Part shown: piece after piece, positions 11,796 through 23,755 of the stretch | Position numbering within the stretch: position 1 is the stretch's first letter | Layout: the number at the start of each line of letters is the position of its first letter | Assembly: GCF_020745735.1 (NCBI RefSeq) | Contig: NC_083405.1 | Span: forward strand, 62,586,345 to 62,650,344 | Source: Hemiscyllium ocellatum | Taxonomy: Eukaryota | Length of the DNA: 64,000 nt | Direction of reading: 5' to 3' | Made by a program: the position numbers and the translations under genes | Notes under the pieces: model-generated | Database searches by the model: none | What the model was told of the DNA's origin: nothing | What the model saw: only the letters and a program-made list of their open reading frames with translations

Positions 11796-13469
11796 CAAGG
11801 AATGGGTGGTGGTGTCAGAAGGTGAGCCATTTTAAATACATGGTGGCCAGGGATGGATCGGCAGATGCCAAGAGTCAGTGGTTGATTCCACGCAATATGT
11901 AATGGTCACCAAAGACAGCAGAAATTGATCACAAGTAACTCACAATGCAGAGTATTCACTGTAAAGTAGCAAACCTGAACCTTCGAGTTAAAGATGCTAA
12001 CGCCATCATTATGGATCGTGCTCCAGGGTCACTCAGAGGAAACAGGGGCACGCCGCTCCCCACTCTGGCTGCAGGATTATGAAGAACATGGTTTCTGACC
12101 TGAGCATGCAGGGACCTTGTCTGTGCTCACTGGCATATGTACTACAGATCCCGTTCTGACACAGGGCAGTGGAAAACAAGGGTGCCAAAAGCTGCACAGA
12201 ACCCCCCATGCCCCTCCTTGATTGCCAGTCTCATGTATTCTTTCAGGTAGCCTGGAAGAAACCAACTGCTGGACTGCAGCTGCTGACCTCTTTAACCACT
12301 AGCACAGGAGTCCTATTTTAATTCACATGTCGTATACACCATGGAGAGCAGTGCTTGCATTATGAACAGGCTGGTCCAGTCAACTTAATGTATGGTATCA
12401 GCAAAGTGGTAGATCTTCAGCATACACACCACAAAAATAAAATCCCCACCAACAGCTTCAATTATTTATTTTACACAACAGATGCTTTAAGGTAAAAGCT
12501 TCATAGTACACTGAAAACACTTCTGTTAGCTACCCTAATTAAAGTCTACCTGTAGTCAGCTTATATCAAAGCAATGACACATAGGTTTCAGGTCATTTAT
12601 TGAATTTTCCTGCTGTAAGAAACAACATATTTTTCATTTTTGGGATTGCAAACAGAAAAGGGAAAGTGGATCACAGTAATTAAAAGACCAGGAAAACTTT
12701 GCCACTTGAAAATCAAATGCTGCATATATTGTTGAATTGTGTTAATGAACATATTCATTTGAAGCAGTAAAAGGGCGAATTTAAGACTGAGGACACAAGA
12801 ATCTTCCAAGTTAAGAAGCTATAGGACAACAGCTATCTAATTGCTTGAACCACACAGTGTTAAAAAGTTGCAACTTCCAGGAGCCACCGTTCCTGAAAGA
12901 GAAGAAAAGTCCAGAGTCAGTAAAGAGAAAGCACCTGTCTCTTTCTCTCTCAGCCCACATGGGGAAAAGACTGAACAACAATGAAAGCTTAGAAGAATAA
13001 ATTCTTCAAAAGACCTCAGTCCATCTGATCAGCCATTGATTCAAAGAATGACCATCACCCTAAAGGCAAAAGTGTGTTAACATTGCAAAACTCAACAGGA
13101 CTGTGAGAAAGTAATTTTACACCTGGTGTTCTGGACTTCTCGTCTTCAGAATTTTACTTAACCTGCCTATATTATTTTTCCAACCATAGTTTGTGTGTTA
13201 ACCAGTTGTCTTTTGTTTATCGTAAGCATAACTGAGGTGTATTTTGGGACTGTTAAATGTATAGTCTAAATCACACAGTAGTATATTAGAAATTATTTCA
13301 TTTCACTGCTCTTGCTAAAGTTAAGTCATTTTCTGTTACTGATTAACCTGGCGTGACTGCTTTTATCCTGCAGAGCAGTCAGACAAATTGGTTATTTTAG
13401 TAGTTGCTTTAGATATTATACATTTATACACTTTGCAGAATAGTGGGACATTATCATGCACTCTTCCCA

Positions 13470-13800
13470 GATTATTAAAGGTAGTAGGACAAGTGGAGAG
13501 AGTACTTAATAAAGCAAACAATGTCTTCAGCTTTATTAATACAGGCATTGAATAAAAAAAGCAGAGAAGTGATATTGATCTTGTACAGGACACTCTTTAG
13601 GCCTTGGCTAGAGTAGTCTGTTCTGTTGTAGATAACACATTATAGGGAAGCTGGGAATGCATTGTAGACAGTGCAGAAGCCATTTACAAGAATGGTTCCA
13701 GGGATGAGAAACTTCAGTTGTTAGGATAAATTGAAGAAGTGGAGAGAAGGCTGCTGTGATAGAGATTTTCAAAATCATGAGCAGTTGGACAGTATAGATA
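13470..13800 (+). mobile_element. Old CR1 3' ORF fragment
   Basis: KANNVFSFINTGIE and VQK.FTRMVPGM motifs. Confidence 0.65.
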
Positions 13801-14701
13801 AGTAAAAGTTTTAAGCTCTTTTTTTCCTGCTGAGTTTAACCAGTATCACATTATTACAACAACTTCATCTCATCTCTTTTCCTGCAAATGTGCAGTGGCG
13901 GGAAGTTACTGTATGATTTATAGTTTAGTAAAACTAAGTGCTAACAGCATCACCATTATTTTGAGCACAAAGTCTATTATTCAGCCTTAAAAAAAACTAT
14001 GGTTATAGTGTTTCCATTCAAAAGGATGAGATGAGCAATATCATTTAGAAAAACTGAAAGCAGGTATACAACAAACTAGAACAAATTAGATCTTGTGGTA
14101 TTGCCAACATATTTAACTTCTACTGTTTTCAGCCATACAGTTAACCCCAAAGCCTGAGAAATCCTGTGAAGTAAATGTAAAGACTTATATCTTTGATATT
14201 TCCTATAACATTCAATACAAATGTCAACTTTTTTTTTTGTAATTTTCTTACTTTGACAAAGTAGGTATACAAAAGAATGACCATTTTATTTTTGGTTCAT
14301 ATAAGTTCTGTTTTTAGCATTTGTTTGTGCATTTCGAGATTGACAAGAATTGCCAAAATTCACCATCATTGTTCAGAAGTGCTTAACTTAAGTTGAAAGT
14401 TAAAAATGAAGTTTCTGTATCAACACAGTGTTAGGCAGTGCAGCTCCCTGTACACCAACACAATATTCTGAGGAATAGAAGAAAAGCAGGTCATGATTAG
14501 GTTTCCCTGTGACTAACACCAATATTTCCCTCTGTGTATCTGTTTTAATCAATTTATAAATCCACTATTTGTTAATGTTTTCATAAGTTATTAAAGCAAG
14601 TCTGAGATTGAGATCTCAAGTGGATAATGAATGATATAGTTTCCTACAGGGTTGCTTTTTTTTGTAATATTAAGCATTATTAAAATTAGAGGAACAATTA
14701 C

Positions 14702-14771
14702 CTTGCACGACCATTCTCTTAGTTGCTACCAGCAACTCGCTGAGAGCAGGTCAAGGGCCAGCCTTTCTTGA
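14702..14771 (-). other. Candidate 70-nt exon of the - strand transcript, within an enhancer-like block
   Basis: Acceptor ATTCTCTAG|, donor CAAG|GTAATT; stops in all three frames, ATG 13 nt before the donor (MVVQ); non-repetitive DNA. Confidence 0.4.
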
Positions 14772-14974
14772 CTAGAGAATTATGAATCATAAACACACCA
14801 TGAAACAGGGAAAAACCCATAAAATTCCGCTGTCATTGTGCAAAAAGTAATTAATTTAGCCATCAAGTCCATGCAAAAGTTCAGGGCACTAACTATTTTA
14901 AGGTAACTTCCATAATTACATGCACTTGTTCTCCAATACCTGACCATGATTTTAGTGTAGTGTTCAAAGGAGAT

Positions 14975-15598
14975 ATGAAGATATAGATGTACAGCACAGA
15001 AACAGACCCTTCGGTTTAATTTGTCCATGCTGACCAGATATCCAAACCTAATCTAGTCCCATTTGCCAGTACTTGGCCCATAACCCTCTAAACCCTTCCT
15101 ATTCATATACCCATCCAGATGCTTTTTAAATCATCTCATTTTAAAATATCCCCCTCATTCCATACCCGCACCGCTCTCTACACGAAAAATATCCCCGTTA
15201 TGTCCCTTTTATATCTTTCCCCTCTAGTTCTGAACTTGTCCACCCCAGGGAAAAGACTTTGTCTATTTACCCTATCCATGCAGCACCTCATATTTATCTA
15301 ACTTAAGCTCCATTTGCCACTCCTCAAGACCCATCTGATCAAGATCCCGTTGTAATCTGAGATAACCTTCTTCGCTGTCCACTACACCTCCAATTTTGGT
15401 GTCATCTGCAAACTTACTAACTATACCTCCTATGTTCACATCCAAATCATTTATATAAATGATGAAAAGTTGTGAACCCAGTACTGATCCTTGTGCCACT
15501 TCACTGGTCACAGGCCTCCAGTCTGAAAAGCAATCCTCTACCACCACCCTCTGTCTTCTACTTTCGAGCCAGTTCTGGATCCAAATGGCTAGTTCTCT
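14975..15598 (-). mobile_element. CR1 LINE with internal deletion
   Basis: QGSVLGSQLFIIYINDLD..KFADDTK (ORF 15272..15547) joined directly to the 3' end. Confidence 0.9.
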
Positions 15599-15599
15599 C

Positions 15600-16170
15600 T
15601 GGCAGAGGTTCCGATTTGTCTGGGTTAAGGGATTTTGTAAATGGTTAACAGATACTGCCTAAGACAACAATCAGAGAAAAGGCTTTTAAATTTTTGGTTC
15701 GAACACTTGTACAATGAAAAGAGAGCAGCCATTTCTCCCAGTTCAGCATTTTATTTCCGAGTTTGGTTTGGTTTTAGCAAGCAGTCTATTCAAAGTTGCT
15801 GGTCAAAGAAAACTGCTGGGAAAAAAAAGAATACCTGATTCAATAGACGTTTCTTTCTGACTCTCTCTCTAACATCTGTCCTGTAAGAAACCTGTGGTTG
15901 CATTTATCTTTTTGCCAAGGGGTTTATTTATGGGGATTTTGCAGGAAATTAGAACAGCTGTTTGTTAAATTGCTGGGATATTACGTTGGTTGGGTTTTCA
16001 TATAAGGTTATTCTAAATTCTGTTTGCTTTTGCCTGTGTTTAATTCGGTGTTGTGTTAACACATTGTGTTTTACTTGAAGCTAAGTGATTTTATCCGCTG
16101 GAATTTCCACCTTACATCTGCCTAAAACAGCTACAAAAGTTAGGGTTTGAGCTACCTTCTTGAAACGTAT

Positions 16171-16201
<31 letters not shown>

Positions 16202-16222
16202 GTTCTGGCCTGATCCATAACA
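15600..16222 (+). mobile_element. Solo LTR-like repeat, 5'-truncated, with a G30 run
   Basis: Homologous to 40089-40695 and 44393-44558 (ACAGATACTGC...AACACTTGTACAATGAAA); ends ...CCATAACA. Confidence 0.65.
16171..16200. repeat. G30 homopolymer
   Basis: 30 consecutive G. Confidence 0.95.
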
Positions 16223-16914
16223 AAAGGCATAAATACATTGAAATGATGAATATTAAAATGTAACTTTATTTGAAGTGGTGGCTGTCAACACATCATTTAG
16301 CTGTGACAATATCTGCTCCAGGCAGTTCTCAAACTCAATACAACATATAATTAAAATATGGACGATCACAATTACTTGTGAAATTCAAATGCGGTTTTGT
16401 TCAGGATGAACCGTCAATGGAACAAGACTGTCACACCTATCAGCAGATTTGACTTTCTACTTCAATCTGGACGACAGAGGCATTGAAACTCAATGTCTTT
16501 TCTTGAGTGACATTCAAAAGCTGATTTAACTTGAAAGGGTTAAGGCAACCATGGCTGTCTCAAATTGTTTAAAAGGATGAAAGATGTCATGTATTGCGAA
16601 TGATTATACATACTCCAACCTGCAGGCACTATTCCCAGCTCGGTAAGGCTGCATTCTCATACCTGGGTTGTTTTTATGCTGCTTCTGGCTCCCAACTGCC
16701 TCTGGTCTCAATTTAAAAGTACATTTTTTTCATTATGCAGCCTATCATTTGCCCTCATAGAAGACTTTTTTTTCCTTGGTGGTGGCTATGCTGAAAGTTT
16801 ATTTTTGATGTGGTGTTCATATATTTATACAAACTACCACCCCCCTAATGGCCACAGGTGCAAAAACACCTTGTCAACAAACTATGGTTAAATTTCCTAA
16901 ATTTTAAGAAAACA

Positions 16915-18550
16915 GAACACAAAACAGTACAGAACACGAACACACTCTTCGGTCCACCATGTCTTTATCAACCATGATACATTCTAAACTAATCTCAACT
17001 GTCTACACATTTTCTCTTTTTCCTACCTGTTCAGGTGTCTAACTAAATGCCTGTTATGCTTTGCGAATATATCTGCTTCTACCACCTCCCCTGACAGCGC
17101 ACTCCAGTCACCTATCACCATCTGTGTAAAACACGTACTTGCACCATCTCCTTTAAACTTTGTCCTTCTCACATTAAACCTATACCCCTCTAATATTTCA
17201 CATTTTCACCCTGGGAAAAAGACTCCAACTATCCACCACATCCATGCCTCTCATAATTTTACATATTATTAGCGCAGCCTCCAATGTTCCAGCGAAAACA
17301 ATCCAAGTTCGTCCAGTCTCTCATTATAGCTAATACACTTTAATTCAGGCAACAGCCTGATAAGCATCTTTTGCACCCTCTCGAACACCACCGCATTCTT
17401 CCGATAGTGTGGTGACTAGAACTGCACATAATATTGCAAATGTGACTTAACTAAAGTCTTAGACATTTTGCAGCAGGACTTGCCAAATTCTATACTTAGC
17501 ACCCCAACCAATGAAGGCAGGAATGCACTTGTCTTCTTTACCACCTTATTTACTGTGGTGCCACTTTCAGGGAGCTATGGACTTGCACTCCAAGATCTCT
17601 GGGTATCAGCGCTCCTAAGGATCCTGCCACTTATTGTACACTTTCCTCTTGTATTTGACCTTCTAAACTCATCTGCCATTTCTCTGCCCAACTTTCCAAC
17701 TGTGGTATCCTTTAACAACCTTCCTTACCACCCACAACTCATTAACTTTCACGTCATCTTCAAACTCACTAATCAGACCACTTGTATTGTCATACATATC
17801 ATTTATACATATTACAAATGAGAGGTTCCAGCATGATCCTTGAAACATAACTGATCAAAGACCTCCAGTCAGAAAAACACCTCTAACTACCCTCTGTCTC
17901 ATATGACCAAGACAATTTTGTATCCAGTTTAGTCAGTGCTAACCACTGAGTCACTGGGGGCAAGCACGGTGGCTCAGTGGCTAGCACTGTTGCCTCACAG
18001 CGCCAGGAACCTGGGTTCTATTCCCACCTCAGGCACCTGTCTGTATAGAGTTTGCAATTCTGTGTCTGCATGGGTTTCCTCTGGGTGCTCCAGTTTCCTC
18101 CCACGTTCCAAAGATGCGCAGATCAGGTGAACTGGCCATGCTAAATTGCCCATAATGCTAAGTTCATTAGTCAGGAGTAAATGTAAGGGAATAGGTCTGG
18201 GTGGATTACTTTTCAGAGGGTCGGTGTGGACTGGTTGGGCCAAAGGCCTGTTTCCACACTGCAGGGAATCTACTCTAATCTGCCAACTCATCATAGATTC
18301 CAATGCTATTTAATTTTCTGTACCAAACTGGCATGAGGGACCATTTCAAATGTTTTAGCAAACATCCACGGCTCTACATACAATTATATTCATCACTCCC
18401 TCAAAATACTCAATCAAGTTTGGGAGACAAGACCTCCCCCACATTCAGTAATGCTAACTATCCCCAATAATTCCATTCTTCTCCAAATGCAAGTACGTCT
18501 GTCCCTAAACATTTCAATAATTTCCCTATCACTGATATAAAGCTCACCAG
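16915..18550 (-). mobile_element. Older CR1 LINE RT/3' region with nested HE1 SINE
   Basis: CR1-type sequence on - strand (EY.VQF.SP, DD.K.MS, DFNPVGLIS); (AGAAC)-like tail near 16915. Confidence 0.8.
17956..18281 (+). mobile_element. HE1 SINE
   Basis: A box TGGCTCAGTGG, B box GGTTCTATTCC, V-domain, CR1-like tail. Confidence 0.9.
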
Positions 18551-18555
18551 GCTAT

Positions 18556-20135
18556 GGAGTCATAGTCCTAGAGATGTGCAGCACAGAAACAGACCCTTTG
18601 GTCCGACCCATCCATGCTGTCAAAATATCCCAACCCAATCTAGTCCCACCTGCCAGCACCCAGCCCATATCCCTCCAAACTTTTCCTATTCATATACCCA
18701 TCCAAATGGCTTTTGAATGTCGCAATTGTACTAGCCTTCACCACTTCCTCTGGCAGCTCATTCCACACACGTACCACCCTCTGCGTGAAAAAGTTGTTCC
18801 TTAGGTCTCTTTTATATCATTACCCCCTCACCCTAAACCTATGCCCACTAGTTCTGGACTCCCCCATTCCAGGGAAAAGACTTTGTCTAGTTATCCTATC
18901 CATGCCACTCAATTTTGTAAATCTCTATAGGGTCACCCCTCAGTTTCCGACGCTCTAGGGAAAACAGCCCCAGCCTGTTCAACCTCTCTCTATAGCTCAA
19001 ATCCTCCAACCCTGGTAACATCCTTGTAAATCATTTCTGAACCCTTACAAGTTTCACAACATCTTTCCGATAGGAAGGAGACCAGAATTGCACACAATAT
19101 TCCAACAGTGGCCTAACCAATGTCCTGTACAGCCACAACATGACCTCCCAACTCCTACTCAATACTCTGACCAATAAAGGAAAACATACCAAATGCCTTC
19201 TTCACTATCCTATCTACCTGCGACGCCACTTTCAAGGAGCTATGAACCTGCATTCCAAGGTCTCTTTGTTCAGCAAAACTCCCCAGGACCTTACTATTTT
19301 TTGTATAAGTCCTGCTAAGATTTGCTTTCCCAAAATGCAGCACCTTGCATTTATCTGAATTAAACTCCAACTGCCGCATCTCAGCCCATTGGCCCATCTG
19401 GTCAAGATCCTGTTGTCATCTGAGGTAACCTTCTTCGCTGTCCACTAAACCTCCAATTTTGGTGTCATCTGCAAACTTATTAACTGTACCTCTTATGCTC
19501 ATGTCGAAATCATTTATATAAGTGACAAAAAGTAGTGGACCCAGCATCGATCCTAAAGGTAGTCCACTGATCACAGGCTTCCAGTCTGAAAAACAATCCT
19601 CCACCACCACCCTCTGTCTTCTACATTTGAGCCAGTTCTGTATCCAAATGGCTAGTTCTCCCTGTATTCCGTGAGATCTAGCCTTGCCCACCAGTCTCCC
19701 ATGGGGAACTTTGTCGAACGCCTTACTGAAGTCCATATAGATCACGCCTACCACTCTGCCCTCATCAATCCTCTTTATTACTTCTCCAAAAAACTCAATC
19801 AATTTTGTGAGACATGTTTTCTCACGCACATAGGCATGTTAACTATCCTTGCCTTTTTAAATACATGTCCATCCTGTCCCTCAGGATTCCCTCCAACAAC
19901 TTGCCCACCACAGACATCAAGCTCACAACTCTATAGTTCCCTGGCTTGTCCTTACCACCCTTCTTAAACAATAGCACCACATAAGCCAACCTTCAGTCTT
20001 CCAGCACCTCACCTGTGACTATTTATGATACAAATATCTCAACAAGAGGCCCAGCATTCACTTCCTTTGCTTCCCACAGAGTTCTAGGGTACACCTGATC
20101 AGGTCCTGGGAAGTTATCCACCTTCATGCGTTTCC
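18556..20135 (-). mobile_element. Young CR1 LINE, 5'-truncated RT region
   Basis: ORF 19416..19829: [30 protein letters not shown]; full 3' tail. Confidence 0.95.
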
Positions 20136-20139
20136 TGGT

Positions 20140-20820
20140 TTATCACCATTGCCCTTATTAAGCAACGAAACAATCTTGGCTATTCACTAGTCTTCTCAGA
20201 CCTTGTCTCTGCCAAAATATGAGACAAAAATCTCTGTCAAGACTCCAGCAATCTCTTCCTTTGCCTCCTTCAGTATCCCGGGTAGATCCCATCAGAGGAT
20301 CTTAGAGGCTTACTTACATTAATGTTTTTCAAGATACCCAACATCTCCTCCTCCTTGATATCAACAGATCCAAGAGTATCAACATACCGCTCTCTCATCT
20401 TACCATCACCCACGTTCTCTTTGGTGAATACCAATGCAAAGTACTCACTGAGGAGCTCACCTACTTCCTCTTTAATCCTACTCGCCAAGGGCATTTCATG
20501 ATCTTGTCTATCCCTAAATTCTTGTATAAGTTCCTTCCTGCTTTCCTTTAAACACTTTGTTTGATTTCAGTTTCCTAAACCTTCCTTATGCTTCCTTTTC
20601 CTTTTGATTAAATTCTCAACATCTCTTGGCATCCAAAGTTCCCAAATCTTGCCATCCTCATCTTTTATCCTGACAGGATGATGCTGATCCTGAACTGAAA
20701 TGAACTAGCCTTCAAAAGATTCCCACATGTCAGATGTGGATTCACCCTCAAACAGCTGCCCCAATCTAAATTGTCCAGGTCTGCCTTTGGTCATCAGCCT
20801 TCCCCAATTTAGCCCTTTCA
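20140..20820 (-). mobile_element. CR1 ORF2 linker fragment
   Basis: ELLSEYFALVFTKE..DGIYP (ORF 20270..20494). Confidence 0.8.
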
Positions 20821-23059
20821 CTTAATGTGACTTGATCAAAGTTTTTAAGATATTATCTTAAGCATAGGGTAAAATTGGGGAAACTATTTCTGTTACTGGG
20901 GAGTTTATGACCGGAAACATAGGCCTGAATTTGCAGAACTGGGTTGGTGAGTTTGCTGAGAGCCGCTACTGGCTAGAACATAGGGCCTTTTGTTTGGGTG
21001 ACCTTTTCCTTGAGGCAAGAGGATCCTTTGCTAGCTCCAGGTGCTGTTGCTCATGGAGGTAGTGTCTGCCAGAAAAGGACAGGTGTAGGAGGATGAGGCA
21101 ATTGCAGAAGAGATTTATAGGGATGAGAAGGCTTGAGATGATAGAGGAGGTGGTAAGGTAGTTCAGGGGAGAAGATGTTTGCAAGAAGAGCGTGGGCAGG
21201 AGAGTGAAAGATTTCAAGGATAGCGAGTCAGGAAGATGGCAGATGAGAAAAACCAGTTTAAAAAGGGGGCAACAAAGGAATATTCAGCTAACTCAAAGCC
21301 AAAAAACCTTTAAAGCATTAAGATAAGGATTTGACACTAGGCAATGAAAATTGCACCACCGGAGTAATTTTTTTCCACAAAGTCTGGTATTTTTCTGATT
21401 CCCACCACCTGCGTCGAGGATGAAAGCCCAACCACAGTTTAAAGATTAGAGAACACGACCTTTCAGGAACAAAATTAGCAAGATTTCTTCACGCAAAGAG
21501 TGGCAGAAATTTGGAATCTCTTTTGCAAATGGCAATTGAGGTGCTGTACTCACAAAAAGCTTAAACGCAGTTTCTTTCTAATAAAAGCGAAGTATCTATT
21601 TATCTCTTCATTCCAGCACAAAGACTGTATAAAACATATTCTTTGGAAAATCAATGCATAAAATACCTATCTTGTCTACAAAAATAGAGGAGGAGCAAAA
21701 AAGATTAAGATAGGTTGAATGCTTCATTTATCCCCCCAGTCATTCATCTGCACAGACCCTAAGGTAACCTGAAGAGTGATGAATTGAAGCTTGTTGCAGA
21801 TTTAAGAAAAGTAATCTGATCATCCAGTCTAATTTTTGATCTTGAAGTCCAATGAAATATGCAAATTTCATGGCTCCAGGTACCCACAAAACTTGACAAT
21901 ACTTTTTTTTGTTAAACAAGTCAATCCAAGTGGTTAAGATTATATTTGTCACAGCTTATTAAATGATGTTTGTTTTGTATACTTATGTTATTGGGGCATT
22001 CCATCTATTCCTGAGATTAATTATATGGATATACAGACCCAAAAGGTTAGCTAGCATCATTAATCATATCTATTCTCAACAGCAATGTTACTACAGGGAA
22101 GGTGGGACTACTTGTGCATTTTAAAATAGCTAGTATATGAATATGGGTTAACTTTTAAAGCTACAAATTAGTTGTCAATTGTCCAGGTTGGAAAACGTAT
22201 GGTACAAAGATATACATCACAGCATATACAAATGAGGTACTGATGATATTGTGCTGCGAAAAAAAGTATACACATAGCTTCTTTCATAATCATGGCTGCA
22301 TCTATAACAGAGAGCCACTGTTTCAATACGTTATGATGCCTGGCTTTATCAGGTTAGAGTGTGACATTAGCCTATCACTGACAACTCCATTCGGCTGAAT
22401 GGCAAAACTTGTTGGGCTAAATCTCAGCCATTCATTTCAATGCACGTTACCATACCACGCTAGTGCAGAGTCATTGCCAGCTGGCAACTTTGACTATTGG
22501 TGCCTTGTATTCTATACTAAAGAGAAAGTCTATCAACTCTAAGTTCTGGGATTGCCATCCTAAATCTCTCCACTTCATTTTATTCCTTTCAGACACTCCT
22601 TAAAACCTACCTCACTGTCATCTTCCCCAAGTTCTACTCAAGTGCCGTGGCATCATATTTTGTTTTATGTTCTTTATCTGAATAATCTTAAGATTTATCT
22701 ATTAAGTTAAAGGAACTACCTAAACACAAGTAGTTATTTAGCATAAAATTTCTCACTTTAACAAAAAAGACAAAATACTGCAATATAAAATAAGAACCTA
22801 ACACTGTAATGACTGATCACTGCAACAGTTTGTCAGGAACTTTGCCAGTGTTTACATTTCAGATTCATGATTATCCTCTCCTAAAGATGCTGCCTGCTTT
22901 ACTGCCAATTTTCTGTATTTTACGTTTTTAAAACTTATAATTCATCAGTATTGACTTGGGTGAACTTGGTTACTTCTGCATGAAATGCTGATGAACTGAG
23001 GTTAAAAGAAAATGTGGAAATATCAACTTTGGATCAACTATAACAGCTGTTCGCTTTGC

Positions 23060-23755
23060 TATGGAGGAACGAACTAGAGAGCAGGCCATCTTAGACTAGG
23101 TACTTTGCAATGAGAAGGGAATCATTGCCAATCTAGCAATGAGAGACTCCTTGAGGATGAGCGACCATAACAAGATAAAATTGTTTTTATCAAGGTGGAG
23201 AATGAGGTAATTGATTCAGAGGCCAGGTGCTGAATCCTAATAAAGGAAACTATGAAGCTATGAGGCACGAGTTGACTTTGATATATCGGGGAGAGTTACT
23301 TTAAGGGATGAGAGTGCATAGGCAATGACAAACATTCAAAGAGCACATGGGGGAACTGCAACAACTGTGTGTTCCTTCTGGCACAAAAGCAAAATGAGTA
23401 AAAGGGCCAATCCATGGCTTAAAAAGGAAATTAGATATAGTATTTGCTCCAAGGAAGCATACAGATTAGGCAAAAAAAAATCTGAGGATAGGGAGCAGTT
23501 TAAAATTCAGAAAAGAGGATCAATGGATTGATTAAGAAGGGGAAAATACAGTATGAAAATAAGCTTGCAGGGAACATAAAGACTGACACTAAGAGTTTCT
23601 ATAGGTACATGAGGAGAAAGAAATTGGTGAAGACAAATGTACGTCCCCTACAGACAGAAATGGGGGAATGTATAATAGGGGACAAAGAAATGACTAAGCA
23701 ACTGAATACATACCTTGGTTCCGACTTCACAAAAGAGGACACAAACCTGATACCA
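23060..23755 (+). mobile_element. CR1 endonuclease/linker fragment (different subfamily)
   Basis: TREQAILD, SDHN, YENKLAGNIKTDTKSFYRY, LNTYLGSDFTKED. Confidence 0.85.

Noticed and set aside
12600-13360. LTR-like composition
   Set aside because: No second copy in the window and no clear TG...CA ends or TSD.
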